A stretch of DNA of 64,000 bases from an uncultured Candidatus Saccharibacteria bacterium. GTDB lineage: Bacteria > Patescibacteriota > Dojkabacteria > SC72. Below are positions 48,449-59,000 of the stretch, piece after piece (the stretch's first letter is position 1; each line of letters starts with the position of its first letter). The notes under the pieces were generated by a model. That model was not told the DNA's origin. It was given only the letters and a program-made list of their open reading frames with translations, and did no database searches. Position numbers and translations under genes: made by a program. The DNA lies in contig CAZHVM010000001.1 of assembly GCA_964536135.1 (NCBI GenBank), positions 29,268 through 93,267 on the forward strand, given 5' to 3'.

Positions 48449-49450
48449 ATGTTTAAAAAATTCGTAGAAAAATATAATCTCCCTTCCTTTAGACTAAAAC
48501 AATTACAAGAGCAGTACTTCATACACAATATCTCCTCTTGGGACGAGCTTACTACATGGTCTAAAGATATGAGGGAAACATTAAAGAAGGAAGTCCCCTT
48601 TTCAAAGCTTGGAAATCTACAAGAGTTTAGCTCCAGTGATGGGAGAACAGTTAAGCTTCTCTCCTACACATATGATGGGTATCCAGTAGAGACAGTTCTA
48701 ATGAGAAACAAGGATAGAATAACCATTTGCATAAGTAGCATGAGTGGTTGTCCTGTTGGATGTAAGTTCTGTGCAACAGGAAGGATGAAGAACAACAGAA
48801 TCCTTGATGAACAAGAGATAATTGACCAGGTGATGTATTTCAAAAGGAAATTAGCAAAGAAAAACGAGAGTGTTACAAACATCGTTTTTATGGGTATGGG
48901 AGAGCCTTTGCTTAACTTGGACAATGTTTTAAACGCAATTAAGATACTTACAGATCCCGAGTTAATTGGACTGGGTAGAAGAAGAATTACTCTTTCTACA
49001 GTTGGATATATAGAACAATTGAAGGAATTCTTTAAAGCAAATACAGGTGTAAAGATAGCAATTAGTCTACATGCACCAAACCAAAGGCTAAGAGAGTTCC
49101 TGATGCCAAAAGTAGCTAAGGACAACAGGTTAGATGACTTAATGAAGGTATTAATTGACTACCAAAAGAAAAAGGGTAAAAAGGTTACATACGAGTATAT
49201 CCTCATAAAGGATGTAAATGATTCAGCAGAACATGCAAAGGAGTTAGCAAAGTTGCTTAAGAACCAGATTTGTTTAGTTAATCTGATTAATTTTAATAAG
49301 TCAGATAATATTCCTTTTGAAACTACAACAAAGAGAAGGGTTGAGGATTTTCAAACTATTCTTAATTCAAGAGATATTAACAATACACTAAGATATTCCC
49401 ATGGTAATGATATATTAGCTGCTTGTGGACAGTTGGCAAGTATTTCATAA
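48449..49450 (+). CDS. rlmN: radical SAM 23S rRNA/tRNA adenine-C2 methyltransferase RlmN
   Basis: CPVGCKFCATG radical-SAM cluster motif; C-terminal catalytic Cys in LAACGQL; 333 aa. Confidence 0.85.
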   Translation: MFKKFVEKYNLPSFRLKQLQEQYFIHNISSWDELTTWSKDMRETLKKEVPFSKLGNLQEFSSSDGRTVKLLSYTYDGYPVETVLMRNKDRITICISSMSGCPVGCKFCATGRMKNNRILDEQEIIDQVMYFKRKLAKKNESVTNIVFMGMGEPLLNLDNVLNAIKILTDPELIGLGRRRITLSTVGYIEQLKEFFKANTGVKIAISLHAPNQRLREFLMPKVAKDNRLDDLMKVLIDYQKKKGKKVTYEYILIKDVNDSAEHAKELAKLLKNQICLVNLINFNKSDNIPFETTTKRRVEDFQTILNSRDINNTLRYSHGNDILAACGQLASIS

Positions 49451-49505
49451 ACTTAAGTTTGATTTCATTAAGAAATCATTTTCCAGAAAAATGTTGTGAT
49501 AAGAT

Positions 49506-49916
49506 TTGTGCATGAAAAATGCTATCATAACAAAAGAAATTGGAGCTTCTCCAAACTATGACGAAAATAAAGTCGGCGATTATTTTGCTGCCCTTGGCTA
49601 CGACATTTTATTTCTCGCTATTAACAAGGCTTTACACCATACATCACCAGATATTGAAATGTGGGGCAAGAAATGGGAGATAAAAACTCCCAAAGAAAAC
49701 GGTAAATACACTATAGAGCATACAATTCAGCATGCTTCCAAGCAGTCTAAGCACATTATCATCGATTTACGTAAATCTAAAATGTCAGAATCAAAAGCAT
49801 TATTAAAGATTCAAAGAGAATCAAGATTACGAAAGGTAATCAAAACTGTATTGGTAATTACAAAATCAAGAGATCTCTTGATTATAAAGGGGAAGTTTGG
49901 TAGCATGAAAGCATAG
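49506..49916 (+). CDS. hypothetical basic protein (136 aa)
   Basis: Uninterrupted ORF followed directly by a strong terminator; no recognisable motif. Confidence 0.45.
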   Translation: MCMKNAIITKEIGASPNYDENKVGDYFAALGYDILFLAINKALHHTSPDIEMWGKKWEIKTPKENGKYTIEHTIQHASKQSKHIIIDLRKSKMSESKALLKIQRESRLRKVIKTVLVITKSRDLLIIKGKFGSMKA

Positions 49917-49961
49917 GAACACCTCCTTTGTCGGATGACTTAGGGGGTGTTCTTTTTTTTT
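49917..49961 (+). terminator. rho-independent terminator
   Basis: 10-bp stem ggaacacctcc/ggggtgttc with 16-nt loop followed by a T9 run. Confidence 0.7.
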
Positions 49962-49987
49962 ATACCTTCTTTCTTATTTGTTTAAAT

Positions 49988-50061
49988 TCGGGGTGACTCG
50001 ATTTGAACGAGCGACCTCTACGTCCCGAACGTAGCGCTCTAGCCATCTGAGCTACACCCCG
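49988..50061 (-). tRNA. tRNA-Pro (anticodon CGG)
   Basis: Minus-strand cloverleaf: acceptor cggggtg/caccccg, anticodon stem ctacg/cgtag with loop ttCGGga (G37), T arm gctcg-ttcaaat-cgagt, discriminator A; no encoded CCA. Confidence 0.8.
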
Positions 50062-50240
50062 TTACTCTTCTCCCCTTTCTTGTAATCTACATACTCCTTG
50101 ATTAAACCGGCTAATAACACAGTAAAATCATCTACATTACCTAACAAAGGTATAGCATCACTTATAAAATCAATAGGAAGTATTAAATATACTAATGCAA
50201 CAATAATTATCCATCTATCCTTAAAGAATCTCTTTAACAT
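50052..50240 (-). CDS. DUF1232 (YkvA-like) small membrane protein
   Basis: 62 aa with LILPIDFISDAIPLLGNVDDFTVLLAGL matching the DUF1232 consensus; overlaps the tRNA-Pro 5' end by about 10 nt. Confidence 0.6.
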   Translation of the reverse strand: MLKRFFKDRWIIIVALVYLILPIDFISDAIPLLGNVDDFTVLLAGLIKEYVDYKKGEKSNGV

Positions 50241-50257
50241 AATATCTTTTTAACAAA

Positions 50258-52027
50258 TTACATCTGATCCACAACCTCTATACCCAAAAGATTTAACCCC
50301 TCCTTCATAGTTACCATCGTGGCTTCAACAAGACTAAGAAGGAATTCCTTGTCCTCGTCCTGAGCATCAAGTATACGAACATTCTGGTAGAAATTGTTAA
50401 ATTTCTGTCCTAAATCGAACAGATATTGGCAAAGTATCGATGGACAATAGCTCATACCGGAGTTAAGCACAACACTTCTGTATTTGCCAATGCGATTAAG
50501 CAACTCCTTCGCATAGGGATTTCCTAAACAGCTACCAACACACAGGCTCCCGAGATTCTTAGAATCCGAATCTCTCAGGAGAGAACTTCCCCTTGCATAC
50601 ACATACAGAAGATATGGTCCCGTATCTCCGTCAAAGCTAATACTTTTTTCAAAATCAAAGATAACATCCTTACCTACCCCTACTTTCAAGAAAGCGTATT
50701 TTATTGCCGCTTGAGCTATCTTTTCAGCACTCTTTTCCTTCTCACCCTTACCATTCTCCTCCATTACAGCAAGGACCCTCTTCTTTGTTTCGTCTAACAA
50801 CCACTGAGCCTCTATTATTTTCCCTTTCCTGCTAGACATTTTCTCAGCACCTGGAAGCTTAACCATACCATGTGGCATATGTACTGTTTTCTCTGCCAAA
50901 TCTTTTCTTAATTTGCTCAAAGCATCTAATAAGACTTTGAAATATCCAGATTGCTCATTACCAGTAATTATTATTGACTCGTCATACTCAACTAACTCAC
51001 CCTTTTTAATAGCCAATCCCAAATCTTTTGCCTCGTAGGTAGGAATTCCATACTTATTTACAAAAACCCTTGTATGCAAACCCTTTTCTTTGTCTCCCTC
51101 GTATATAATTGCACCCTCATCTTCCTTAAATACGCTTCCTACATTGTCCAAAACAATCTTTAAACCACTCTCTCCTACCTCACTTTCGAAAAAGTAATAG
51201 TCAAAAGTAGTTCCTACTCGTTCATATATTGTTTCGAAGTAATCTAAACACCACGATCTTCCCTTCTGGTACATATCTTTAAGATCAACTCCTTCATACA
51301 CAGGAACATCTTTCTTCTCTAACTGAGGAATGAACATGGAGAAAATGTAATAGTTAATAGCATCAATTTCCTTAATTGCAGCTTCATCTTTGTCATCGTC
51401 ATAATACTTAAATCCAAGCATATATGCTTCTCCTAGATACTTTACCCTCTCAATTAGACTTTTCTGCTCTACATCCTTAAAAGACACACCATTCTCTTCC
51501 ATCATCTTGACTATACCCCACAAAGTTTTGGCCACATGAAGACCAACATCCCCTTGGTAGTTTGCTCTCTTTACTGTGGCCCCAAGAGCCTCTGAAAGCC
51601 TCGCAAAAGATTCTCCAACTATGTTGGTATATAGGTGACCAATATGTAGTATTTTAAATGGATTAGCATCTGTATACTCAATTACAATCTTCTTACCATC
51701 TTTACCACCAATGCTTGTAAATTCCCCACTCTTTACCTTACTTAATTCCTTAAGTAAATGCTGGTTTGATACAAAGAAATTTACAAATCCTGGCTTAGCA
51801 GCCTCTACCTTTTCAATATCCTCATCCTTCTCAATTTTACTTACAATATCGTTGGCAATATCCAAGGGATTTTTCTTTAAAATAGAAGACAATCTCATCG
51901 CGATATTGCTTGAATAGTCTCCATTCCCACTAACTCTTGGCTCCTCTACTTCAATGATATCGTACTGCACTCCCATCTCTTTTAGAGATCTTTCAATCAT
52001 TCCCTCTATTTTTTTCTTAATATCCAT
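50258..52027 (-). CDS. argS: arginyl-tRNA synthetase
   Basis: N-terminal Arg_tRNA_synt_N-like domain, HIGH-type motif (NPFKILHIGHLYTNIVGE), C-terminal DALR anticodon-binding region; 589 aa. Confidence 0.9.
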   Translation of the reverse strand: MDIKKKIEGMIERSLKEMGVQYDIIEVEEPRVSGNGDYSSNIAMRLSSILKKNPLDIANDIVSKIEKDEDIEKVEAAKPGFVNFFVSNQHLLKELSKVKSGEFTSIGGKDGKKIVIEYTDANPFKILHIGHLYTNIVGESFARLSEALGATVKRANYQGDVGLHVAKTLWGIVKMMEENGVSFKDVEQKSLIERVKYLGEAYMLGFKYYDDDKDEAAIKEIDAINYYIFSMFIPQLEKKDVPVYEGVDLKDMYQKGRSWCLDYFETIYERVGTTFDYYFFESEVGESGLKIVLDNVGSVFKEDEGAIIYEGDKEKGLHTRVFVNKYGIPTYEAKDLGLAIKKGELVEYDESIIITGNEQSGYFKVLLDALSKLRKDLAEKTVHMPHGMVKLPGAEKMSSRKGKIIEAQWLLDETKKRVLAVMEENGKGEKEKSAEKIAQAAIKYAFLKVGVGKDVIFDFEKSISFDGDTGPYLLYVYARGSSLLRDSDSKNLGSLCVGSCLGNPYAKELLNRIGKYRSVVLNSGMSYCPSILCQYLFDLGQKFNNFYQNVRILDAQDEDKEFLLSLVEATMVTMKEGLNLLGIEVVDQM

Positions 52028-52045
52028 ATTTTTATTCTAACATAA

Positions 52046-52122
52046 TGGCGCACTCGGAGGGATTCGAACCCCCAACCGTCGGTTCCGAAGACCGATGCTC
52101 TATCCAGTTGAGCCACGAGTGC
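52046..52122 (-). tRNA. tRNA-Arg (anticodon TCG)
   Basis: Acceptor gcactcg/cgagtgc, anticodon stem tcggt/accga with loop ctTCGga, T arm ggggg-ttcgaat-ccctc, CCA encoded; 19 nt upstream of argS. Confidence 0.8.
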
Positions 52123-52135
52123 ATTTTTAAATATA

Positions 52136-52209
52136 CGTACCTGGCCGGAATCGAACCGACAACCGTTGGCTCCGCAAGCCAATGCTCTATCCAATTGAGC
52201 TACAGGTAC
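52136..52209 (-). tRNA. tRNA-Arg (anticodon GCG)
   Basis: Acceptor gtacctg/caggtac, anticodon stem ttggc/gccaa with loop ttGCGga, T arm gtcgg-ttcgatt-ccggc; no encoded CCA. Confidence 0.75.
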
Positions 52210-52242
52210 AAAAGAGCTACAAATTTATTAATTCTACCACAT

Positions 52243-53055
52243 TTATTCTAATTCAAATACAATATTCCCCTCCTCATATGTTATTAAATATTGCACATTA
52301 AGCTTTTTAAACATTTCCAATGTTTCATTGTGTGGATGACCGAATTTGTTCCCTTCACCAACCGAACAGATGGCTATCTCAGGTTCTACTGAATTGAGAA
52401 ACATCTCTGAGGAAGCAGTCCTTGAGCAATGATGACCAGCCTTGAGTATATCTACATCCCCAACATCATCAGAAATCTTCTCCTCCACCTCCTTTTCAGC
52501 ATCCCCCGTTAGCAGGATTCTCTTTCCGCCCACTTCTACATCCAAAACAACAGATTCATTGTTAATATTTTCCTCACACTTTGCTTCTACAGGATATATT
52601 ACCGACATCAAGATTTTTCCATACTTCAGCTTGGTTAAAGTATCCACTTTTACAAGTTTCTCTGCGTATTCTTCGAGCATAAACTTGTAAGAAGAAGTAT
52701 CCGTACATGACGGTGAATACCAGATACTATCTACGCTATAATTTTCCAGCACCATCAACAAGCCCCTCAGATGATCATCGTGTGCATGCGTCAATACAAC
52801 TACCTCGATATTTCTATCATACATAGGTATATATTTTGCAAGCTCATATAAAACAGCGTCATCTGGACCTCCATCAACTAAAATTTGAAAATTATCCTGC
52901 TGAATTAAGATTGCATCTCCCTGCCCAACATCAAGGAAAACGGCTACAGGCCCATCACTATGTTTGTTATACTGCATGAAAGTAGCAATTATAACAAAAA
53001 GAACTATAACCCAGTTTTTAAGAATAAATTTTAAGATAGTAATTAGAATCTTCAC
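52243..53055 (-). CDS. comEC: ComEC C-terminal metallo-beta-lactamase domain (separate ORF)
   Basis: MBL-fold motif VVLTHAHDDHLRGL and downstream Asp/His ligands; N-terminal TM helix; overlaps the upstream ComEC channel ORF by 38 nt in another frame. Confidence 0.75.
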   Translation of the reverse strand: MKILITILKFILKNWVIVLFVIIATFMQYNKHSDGPVAVFLDVGQGDAILIQQDNFQILVDGGPDDAVLYELAKYIPMYDRNIEVVVLTHAHDDHLRGLLMVLENYSVDSIWYSPSCTDTSSYKFMLEEYAEKLVKVDTLTKLKYGKILMSVIYPVEAKCEENINNESVVLDVEVGGKRILLTGDAEKEVEEKISDDVGDVDILKAGHHCSRTASSEMFLNSVEPEIAICSVGEGNKFGHPHNETLEMFKKLNVQYLITYEEGNIVFELE

Positions 53056-54676
53056 CTCCTACAGGATAAAAATATATACAAAATAATACAACAACGACAG
53101 CAATAGCGATGGAAATCCACTTTCCATCAACCAAATCCCAATATCCAACACCACTATTACCAATTAACTGTACTACTATCTCCACATATTTAAGCTGTAA
53201 ATTAACGACATACATTAGAAAATGGTTCGATAGAACAAGCCCCAGCACACCAAACAACATAGTCGATTCGATAACAGGTAGTACCAAAGTATTTGCTATA
53301 ACAGCCCACATAGAGAATGTTTGAAAGGTAAAGATAGAGATTGGTAAGGTAGTAATCGTGCAACTGATAGTAGTTAAAACCGTATCCACAAAGAAACCCT
53401 CTCTAGAATTAATCTTAAGTGCATTGGTTATAGATGGCAAAAGATATATAAGACCACCTGTAGCACAACAGGATAATTGAAACCCTACATCAAAAACAAT
53501 CTTTGGATTAAACAGTATGAAAATAAAGATGCAGAGAAAAAACACCACATGTATGCTCCCCTTCCTACCCCACAACAACCCGATTAAAGTTATGCTTGCC
53601 ATTATACAGGCTCTCACTATCGATGCAGATACACCTGAGAGTAGGCAGAAACACCAGATAAACATTATAGACAGGCAAATTCTGATTCTCTTCGGCAGAA
53701 ATCTTAGAAACGAATTCACTACTATAAGCAAGATCGTTACGTTATACCCAGATGCTGCGACAATATGACTTATACCAGCAATGCGTATATTAGATTCAAA
53801 AGATTGACTAAATAGTCTATCTTCACCCATTAAAATGCCTACAAATAGAGAAGATTGAGGCTCATTTATATATTTCTCCACATTTTTAATAATTTCTTGT
53901 TTTAAATCTACCAGACATCTTTGTAAAAAATATTTTTTACTAAAACTATCACACTCCATTTTTGGATATTCCATCAAAAAATATATTTCCCTGTTTTTTA
54001 GAAACTTTTTGTAATCAAAATTCTCAGAAATTTTTGGTTCAACAAGAGTACCAGAAATTTTACATATATCTCCCACTCTAAATTTTTGGAACTTTTCTAC
54101 CTTAATTAAAATATCTCCGGAAATTTCGGGCTCTATATCACCACCCCGTAGTAATCGCACCTCCAAGTTTTGGTAGCTATGCTTTTGAGCAGGTTCAGAT
54201 ACCACCACTCCGTCAAATCCCGTGTAACCTGAAGTGAAACCCACCGCAATATTTGAAACAATTTTTTCCTTGTTCACCACTTTCAAAGAACACACTAGGC
54301 TAAAAGTGGCTACAGAAAAGACAAGAAGAAATATACTCATACCTTTACTAACCCTCTCCCTCCGCCCCCTATTATCCCTATTCATAAAACTATTGTCTTT
54401 CTCTCTTTTAGAGATACACAGAGCTATCGCAACAGTAAGTAAAGTGCAACAAGACATGTAGAACAATCCGATAGTTAGCGCGTTCCAATTGTTTCTCAGA
54501 AAAGGTATCCCGAAGAGAATAAAAAAGAGATGTAAAACAGAAACCAATATGATTTTGTAATCCCATACATAGACAAATAGGCTTACAAACCTCTGAGTAA
54601 AAATTTTAAGAGGATGAAACATTTCAAATACATATTTTGTCCTTAAATTTGTCCAATGTGGTCTGCCCAATTCCAC
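53018..54676 (-). CDS. comEC: ComEC/Rec2 DNA-uptake channel, N-terminal (DUF4131 + competence) part
   Basis: Polytopic membrane protein with the ComEC competence-domain motif (RIAGISHIVAASGYNVTILL) and an OB/DUF4131-like N-region. Confidence 0.75.
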   Translation of the reverse strand: MELGRPHWTNLRTKYVFEMFHPLKIFTQRFVSLFVYVWDYKIILVSVLHLFFILFGIPFLRNNWNALTIGLFYMSCCTLLTVAIALCISKREKDNSFMNRDNRGRRERVSKGMSIFLLVFSVATFSLVCSLKVVNKEKIVSNIAVGFTSGYTGFDGVVVSEPAQKHSYQNLEVRLLRGGDIEPEISGDILIKVEKFQKFRVGDICKISGTLVEPKISENFDYKKFLKNREIYFLMEYPKMECDSFSKKYFLQRCLVDLKQEIIKNVEKYINEPQSSLFVGILMGEDRLFSQSFESNIRIAGISHIVAASGYNVTILLIVVNSFLRFLPKRIRICLSIMFIWCFCLLSGVSASIVRACIMASITLIGLLWGRKGSIHVVFFLCIFIFILFNPKIVFDVGFQLSCCATGGLIYLLPSITNALKINSREGFFVDTVLTTISCTITTLPISIFTFQTFSMWAVIANTLVLPVIESTMLFGVLGLVLSNHFLMYVVNLQLKYVEIVVQLIGNSGVGYWDLVDGKWISIAIAVVVVLFCIYFYPVGGEDSNYYLKIYS

Positions 54677-55280
54677 TCACATTTAACAAGTCCGTTATCT
54701 GTGTATATGGCCTTCCATCAATTATCTTCTGTGCGGTAGAATCGCCCACTCCATTTAGTGTAGTAAGCTGCTCTTTTGTCGCTGTATTGATGTTTACACA
54801 CTCTACTTCCTCATTCTCGGTATCTATGCTTGATTCCGTATCGCTGAAGTTATCTTCCACATCCTTCGCTATAACCGCAAACTCCTGTAGTTTACAATCT
54901 ACATCTTGTTCAAAGGGGATATATATCTTTTGGTTGTTTTTAAGTGGTAATGCTAAGTTAATCTTTCTAGATAGATACTCCTTCGCATAACCTTTCTTAA
55001 GCCCCTTAGATGTGTTTAGCGCATCTACTATTATGGATCCTTCGTCAAAACAGTATACAGAGGGGACATTTACAGCACCAGAGATATCTACTCTTATCGG
55101 ACACTCTGGCTCCCCCTCCTCTATAGGCTCACATTTATTTTCTACAACATACACACTCTGTTCTTTAAGATTATTAGATATCTTTCCAACCTTTGGCAAA
55201 AAGTAGTAAATAGCAAGGGCACCGAGAAAAAAGCCCAAAAGGAAGAACATAATAAATACGTAAATATATCTCCTATTCAT
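54624..55280 (-). CDS. comEA: competence protein ComEA (DNA receptor)
   Basis: N-terminal TM anchor, SLBB-like middle, C-terminal tandem helix-hairpin-helix (VNINTATKEQLTTLNGVGDSTAQKIID...LNVSGIGQTTLDKF). Confidence 0.8.
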   Translation of the reverse strand: MNRRYIYVFIMFFLLGFFLGALAIYYFLPKVGKISNNLKEQSVYVVENKCEPIEEGEPECPIRVDISGAVNVPSVYCFDEGSIIVDALNTSKGLKKGYAKEYLSRKINLALPLKNNQKIYIPFEQDVDCKLQEFAVIAKDVEDNFSDTESSIDTENEEVECVNINTATKEQLTTLNGVGDSTAQKIIDGRPYTQITDLLNVSGIGQTTLDKFKDKICI

Positions 55281-55315
55281 TGGAGATAATATATATTATC
55301 GAGATTAAAAAACGA

Positions 55316-55972
55316 TTAATTCTCCAATATTTGGATTGATTCAACAGTCACAGCATTGACTGGCTTGTCGTCAGAATCCGTAGTTACCCTTTCAATGGAA
55401 TCAACCACTGCAAAGCCTTCTACAACCTCTCCAAATATAGTGTACGAACCATCTAGATTAGACATATTTGCCTGAGTAATGCCAGAACTAGTTATAAAAA
55501 ATTGTGAACCATTAGTATCTGCCCCTGCATTTGCCATACCAAGTGTATATGGTTTGTACTTTCGACTTGTTATCTCGTCGTCTACAGTATATCCAGGGCC
55601 TCCTCTGCCTGTTCCAGTTGGATCTCCTGTTTGTATTACAAAATTTCTAATTACTCTATGGAAGATAACTCCCTCGTAGTATCTCTGTCCAACTAAAAAG
55701 AGAAAACTGTTTACTGTCTCTGGTGTTTCATCCTCAAAAAGGTCTACCGTTATATCCCCAACGGATGTTCTTATTAATGCTTTGTAATTTATGCCCTTTT
55801 CTAGTACGTTTTCTGGTTTTGTAAATTGCATTGTATCTGTATTGATTAAATTATTTGTATCTACAGCTGAGCCTTTCAAAAAGGAAAGTCCTATTACTGT
55901 GGCAACAAGCAAGCCTACTGACAGTAGTAATATTTTTCTGTTTTCTTTTAACCCATCTTTAAGACCTGGCAT
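55316..55972 (-). CDS. secreted cyclophilin-type peptidyl-prolyl cis-trans isomerase
   Basis: Signal/anchor helix followed by the cyclophilin core (FHRVIRNFVIQTGDPTGTGRGGPGY, QFFIT). Confidence 0.85.
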   Translation of the reverse strand: MPGLKDGLKENRKILLLSVGLLVATVIGLSFLKGSAVDTNNLINTDTMQFTKPENVLEKGINYKALIRTSVGDITVDLFEDETPETVNSFLFLVGQRYYEGVIFHRVIRNFVIQTGDPTGTGRGGPGYTVDDEITSRKYKPYTLGMANAGADTNGSQFFITSSGITQANMSNLDGSYTIFGEVVEGFAVVDSIERVTTDSDDKPVNAVTVESIQILEN

Positions 55973-56008
55973 ATTACAGGATACTATATTTATATATTTC
56001 TTTGCAAA

Positions 56009-59000
56009 TTATGGCATATTTACCCACCAGAAAGGTTGTTTCTCACCACTACTGTTAAACCATTTGCCATGCCTCATTACCTGATCCATTGTAGGGCCAT
56101 CAGTACCATAGTCTAGTTGCACCTGGCTGATATAGAAGGTTGCATCTATATCCCAAGTATTAAATATTGCTTTGTATTGGAAGTATTGCCCACTTGATGG
56201 GAAAGTTAGTTCCTCTCCTGTATCGTCTGAAAGATATCCAGAGGTCGACCTTAGATCATCTATCCAGAGATTCCTTCCCTCATCTCCATTTGTAATGTTA
56301 AGAGTCAATAAATTTATAGCATTTACTTGAGTATTTATAGTTCTGTTCTTAATCGGTATATACTCCCTTTGCCATTTGAATACATCTGCATTCACTGTAT
56401 ATCCACCACTTGGAAATGTGGAACCTGTATCCCAAGAAGATACGGTTACAGCTCCTGTGCTAGCGGTTATGGCAGATACAGTACCTTGAGCTATATACTC
56501 TGTACCATCATAGTTTTCCTTTATAATGACTTTTTCGTCTTTGTACAACCCACTTCCTAGCTCATCTAGACCATAAACTGTTGCATCAATATTAAAAGAT
56601 GTATCTCCAGAGCCTGTTATGAGATTACCACTTACCAGAGATGCTCCAAAGTCTATCTGTACTGGGTGAGTTCGTGATTCCATTTCATATACCTGACGAA
56701 TATCTTCAGGGTTTCTAGCAATATTAGATATCCTAACACCATCAATAATTCCATCAAAATAGCTGACATAGTTTGTCATCATTGATCCAATAGTTAAATC
56801 CATTGCTTGAGTATTTGGAGTTACAGTAACACCAGTGGTAACTTTAACAAGTTGCCCATTGTGGTACAATCTTAGCTCATCTTCATCATCATCAAAAACA
56901 CCAGTTAGATGATGCCAAGAATTTAGCTCCAGTGATTCGTTCACTGTAGCATAGTAGTTTGATCCTGCAGCAACTTCAAAACCGAAGCTGTAACCAGCTC
57001 CTGTATTTCCTGCCCAAGAAGCATCATAACAGAGGCTAAGCCAAAAATTATGATTGTATGTTGAAGTTTCTCCGTACCATCCCTTTGTCACTATCCCTCC
57101 ACCACTCTCAGAAACACTTGGTAGACTATCAGGTTTTATCCATGCTTCAACAGTAAATGAAGAACTAAAATCTAAACTGTTGTCATCAAGAATAGTTACT
57201 TGATCTGAACCACTAAAATCAAGCCCATCTCCCATTTTTCCATCTGCCGGGGCTGGATAATCTAGCTGCGTAACAAGAGTTCCCCAGAGAGCTTTTGCAA
57301 CAAGTATATTATATGTCTTTGGTGTGAAGCTAACCCAAGTGGAATTGTTATCATATTGCCATCCGCTATTATATCTTACTGCTATAAAATTATTACTATT
57401 ATTAGCGTATGCTGTTATACTTTGCCCTGAAAGAGAAGGCGAATACATAATATAAAGGGTCGAAGAGACATCTTGTGCAGCGACACCATAATTAATACTT
57501 GTAGGAGATAGCGTCTCCCCTTCTAAAGTTACTATCTGACAGAAGCTATCACCACCTGGGCACGTAATATCCATCTCATAGTTGTTTGCAACTCCATTCC
57601 ACTGGTTCATTATCATTGTTAAGTTAGATGATAAAATTCCATATCTCATTCCATAGTAAGAAGTAATTCCAGAATTCCCTTCCCTACTTTGATCTATATA
57701 TGTCGAACCTTCACCACCTTCATCAAAGTTCCATAGACCAACAGTATTGGTGTCTGGTTGGTAGTTAGAGTACTCTGTTTCTCCCCATATAGTATTCAAA
57801 TATGAACCTGGTCTGTCCCCTGCAACATATATTGGTAATGTCGTTGCGGAAGAGAGATCCTTTTCCTCAATGATTGTATTCACGAATCCATCTTTTCCCA
57901 ATCTATAGGCATTTGCAATTTCATTTGTTGTACGAGCACCGCTTGAAATACGTATTTCATCCACCGAACCATTAAAATAAGCTTCACTAATCTGTGCTTG
58001 AGCTATCTTTAATGCCATACTTGAGAAATTAAATGTCATTGCTGTAGTACTTTTTAATACGCCGTCTAGATAACATCTACCCGTTGTTCCATCAAACGTA
58101 AATGCTACATGGTTCCAAGCCCCAACTACAGGAGTTATTTTACAATTACCAACATCCCAAGCCCCCAAATATATTCCTCCATCGGACTGATGTAAAATAT
58201 GGAAATTACCCGCAGAAGCGCCTCCAAGAAGTAATGGCCACTGCCTTGTTGTGGGGGTTGCTGTTGGTTTTATCCACATCTCTATGGAGAATGGGGTGTT
58301 TCCGAGACTTAATCCGCTAACACTTGCCAAAGATAGATAATCACTGCTTCCATTGAAACTCCTTGCTCCTTCAATCTTTCCGCTATTTAAATATGATGTT
58401 CCAGTTGGAGTTAAATGGTTTCCACTATTACCACTATCTTTGATGTATGCACCACTTCCTCCTCGTTCATCTAAATGCCATAGACCTACAGTATATCTAT
58501 CTACATTTTGCATTCCAGCAGATATTTTCTTACTGTAATCTCCTCCTATTTTAATTATAGAATCACTATTCGTCTGTATTACCTTAGATATTTGAGTACC
58601 CGTAAAATAATTTGCTTGTATTTCATCTTCCGTCCTTACAATACTTGAGATACGGATTTCATCTATTGAGCCATTAAAATAAGCTTCACTAACCTGTGCT
58701 TGAGCTATCTTTAGTGCTGTACTAGATAAATTAAATGTCATCGCTGTAGTGCTTTTTAATGCTCCATCAAGATAACATCTACCCGTTGTTCCATCAAACG
58801 TAAATGCTACATGGTTCCAAGCTCCAACTACAGGAGTCACCGAACACTCTCCACCATTCCAAACTCCAAGGCTGATAGTTCCACTTGTATTATACGAAAT
58901 ATGCAAATTACCTGCAGAAGCATCGCCCAAGAGTAATGGCCACTGCCTTGTTGTGGGGGTTGCTGTTGGTTTTATCCACATCTCCGTGGAGAATACTGTG

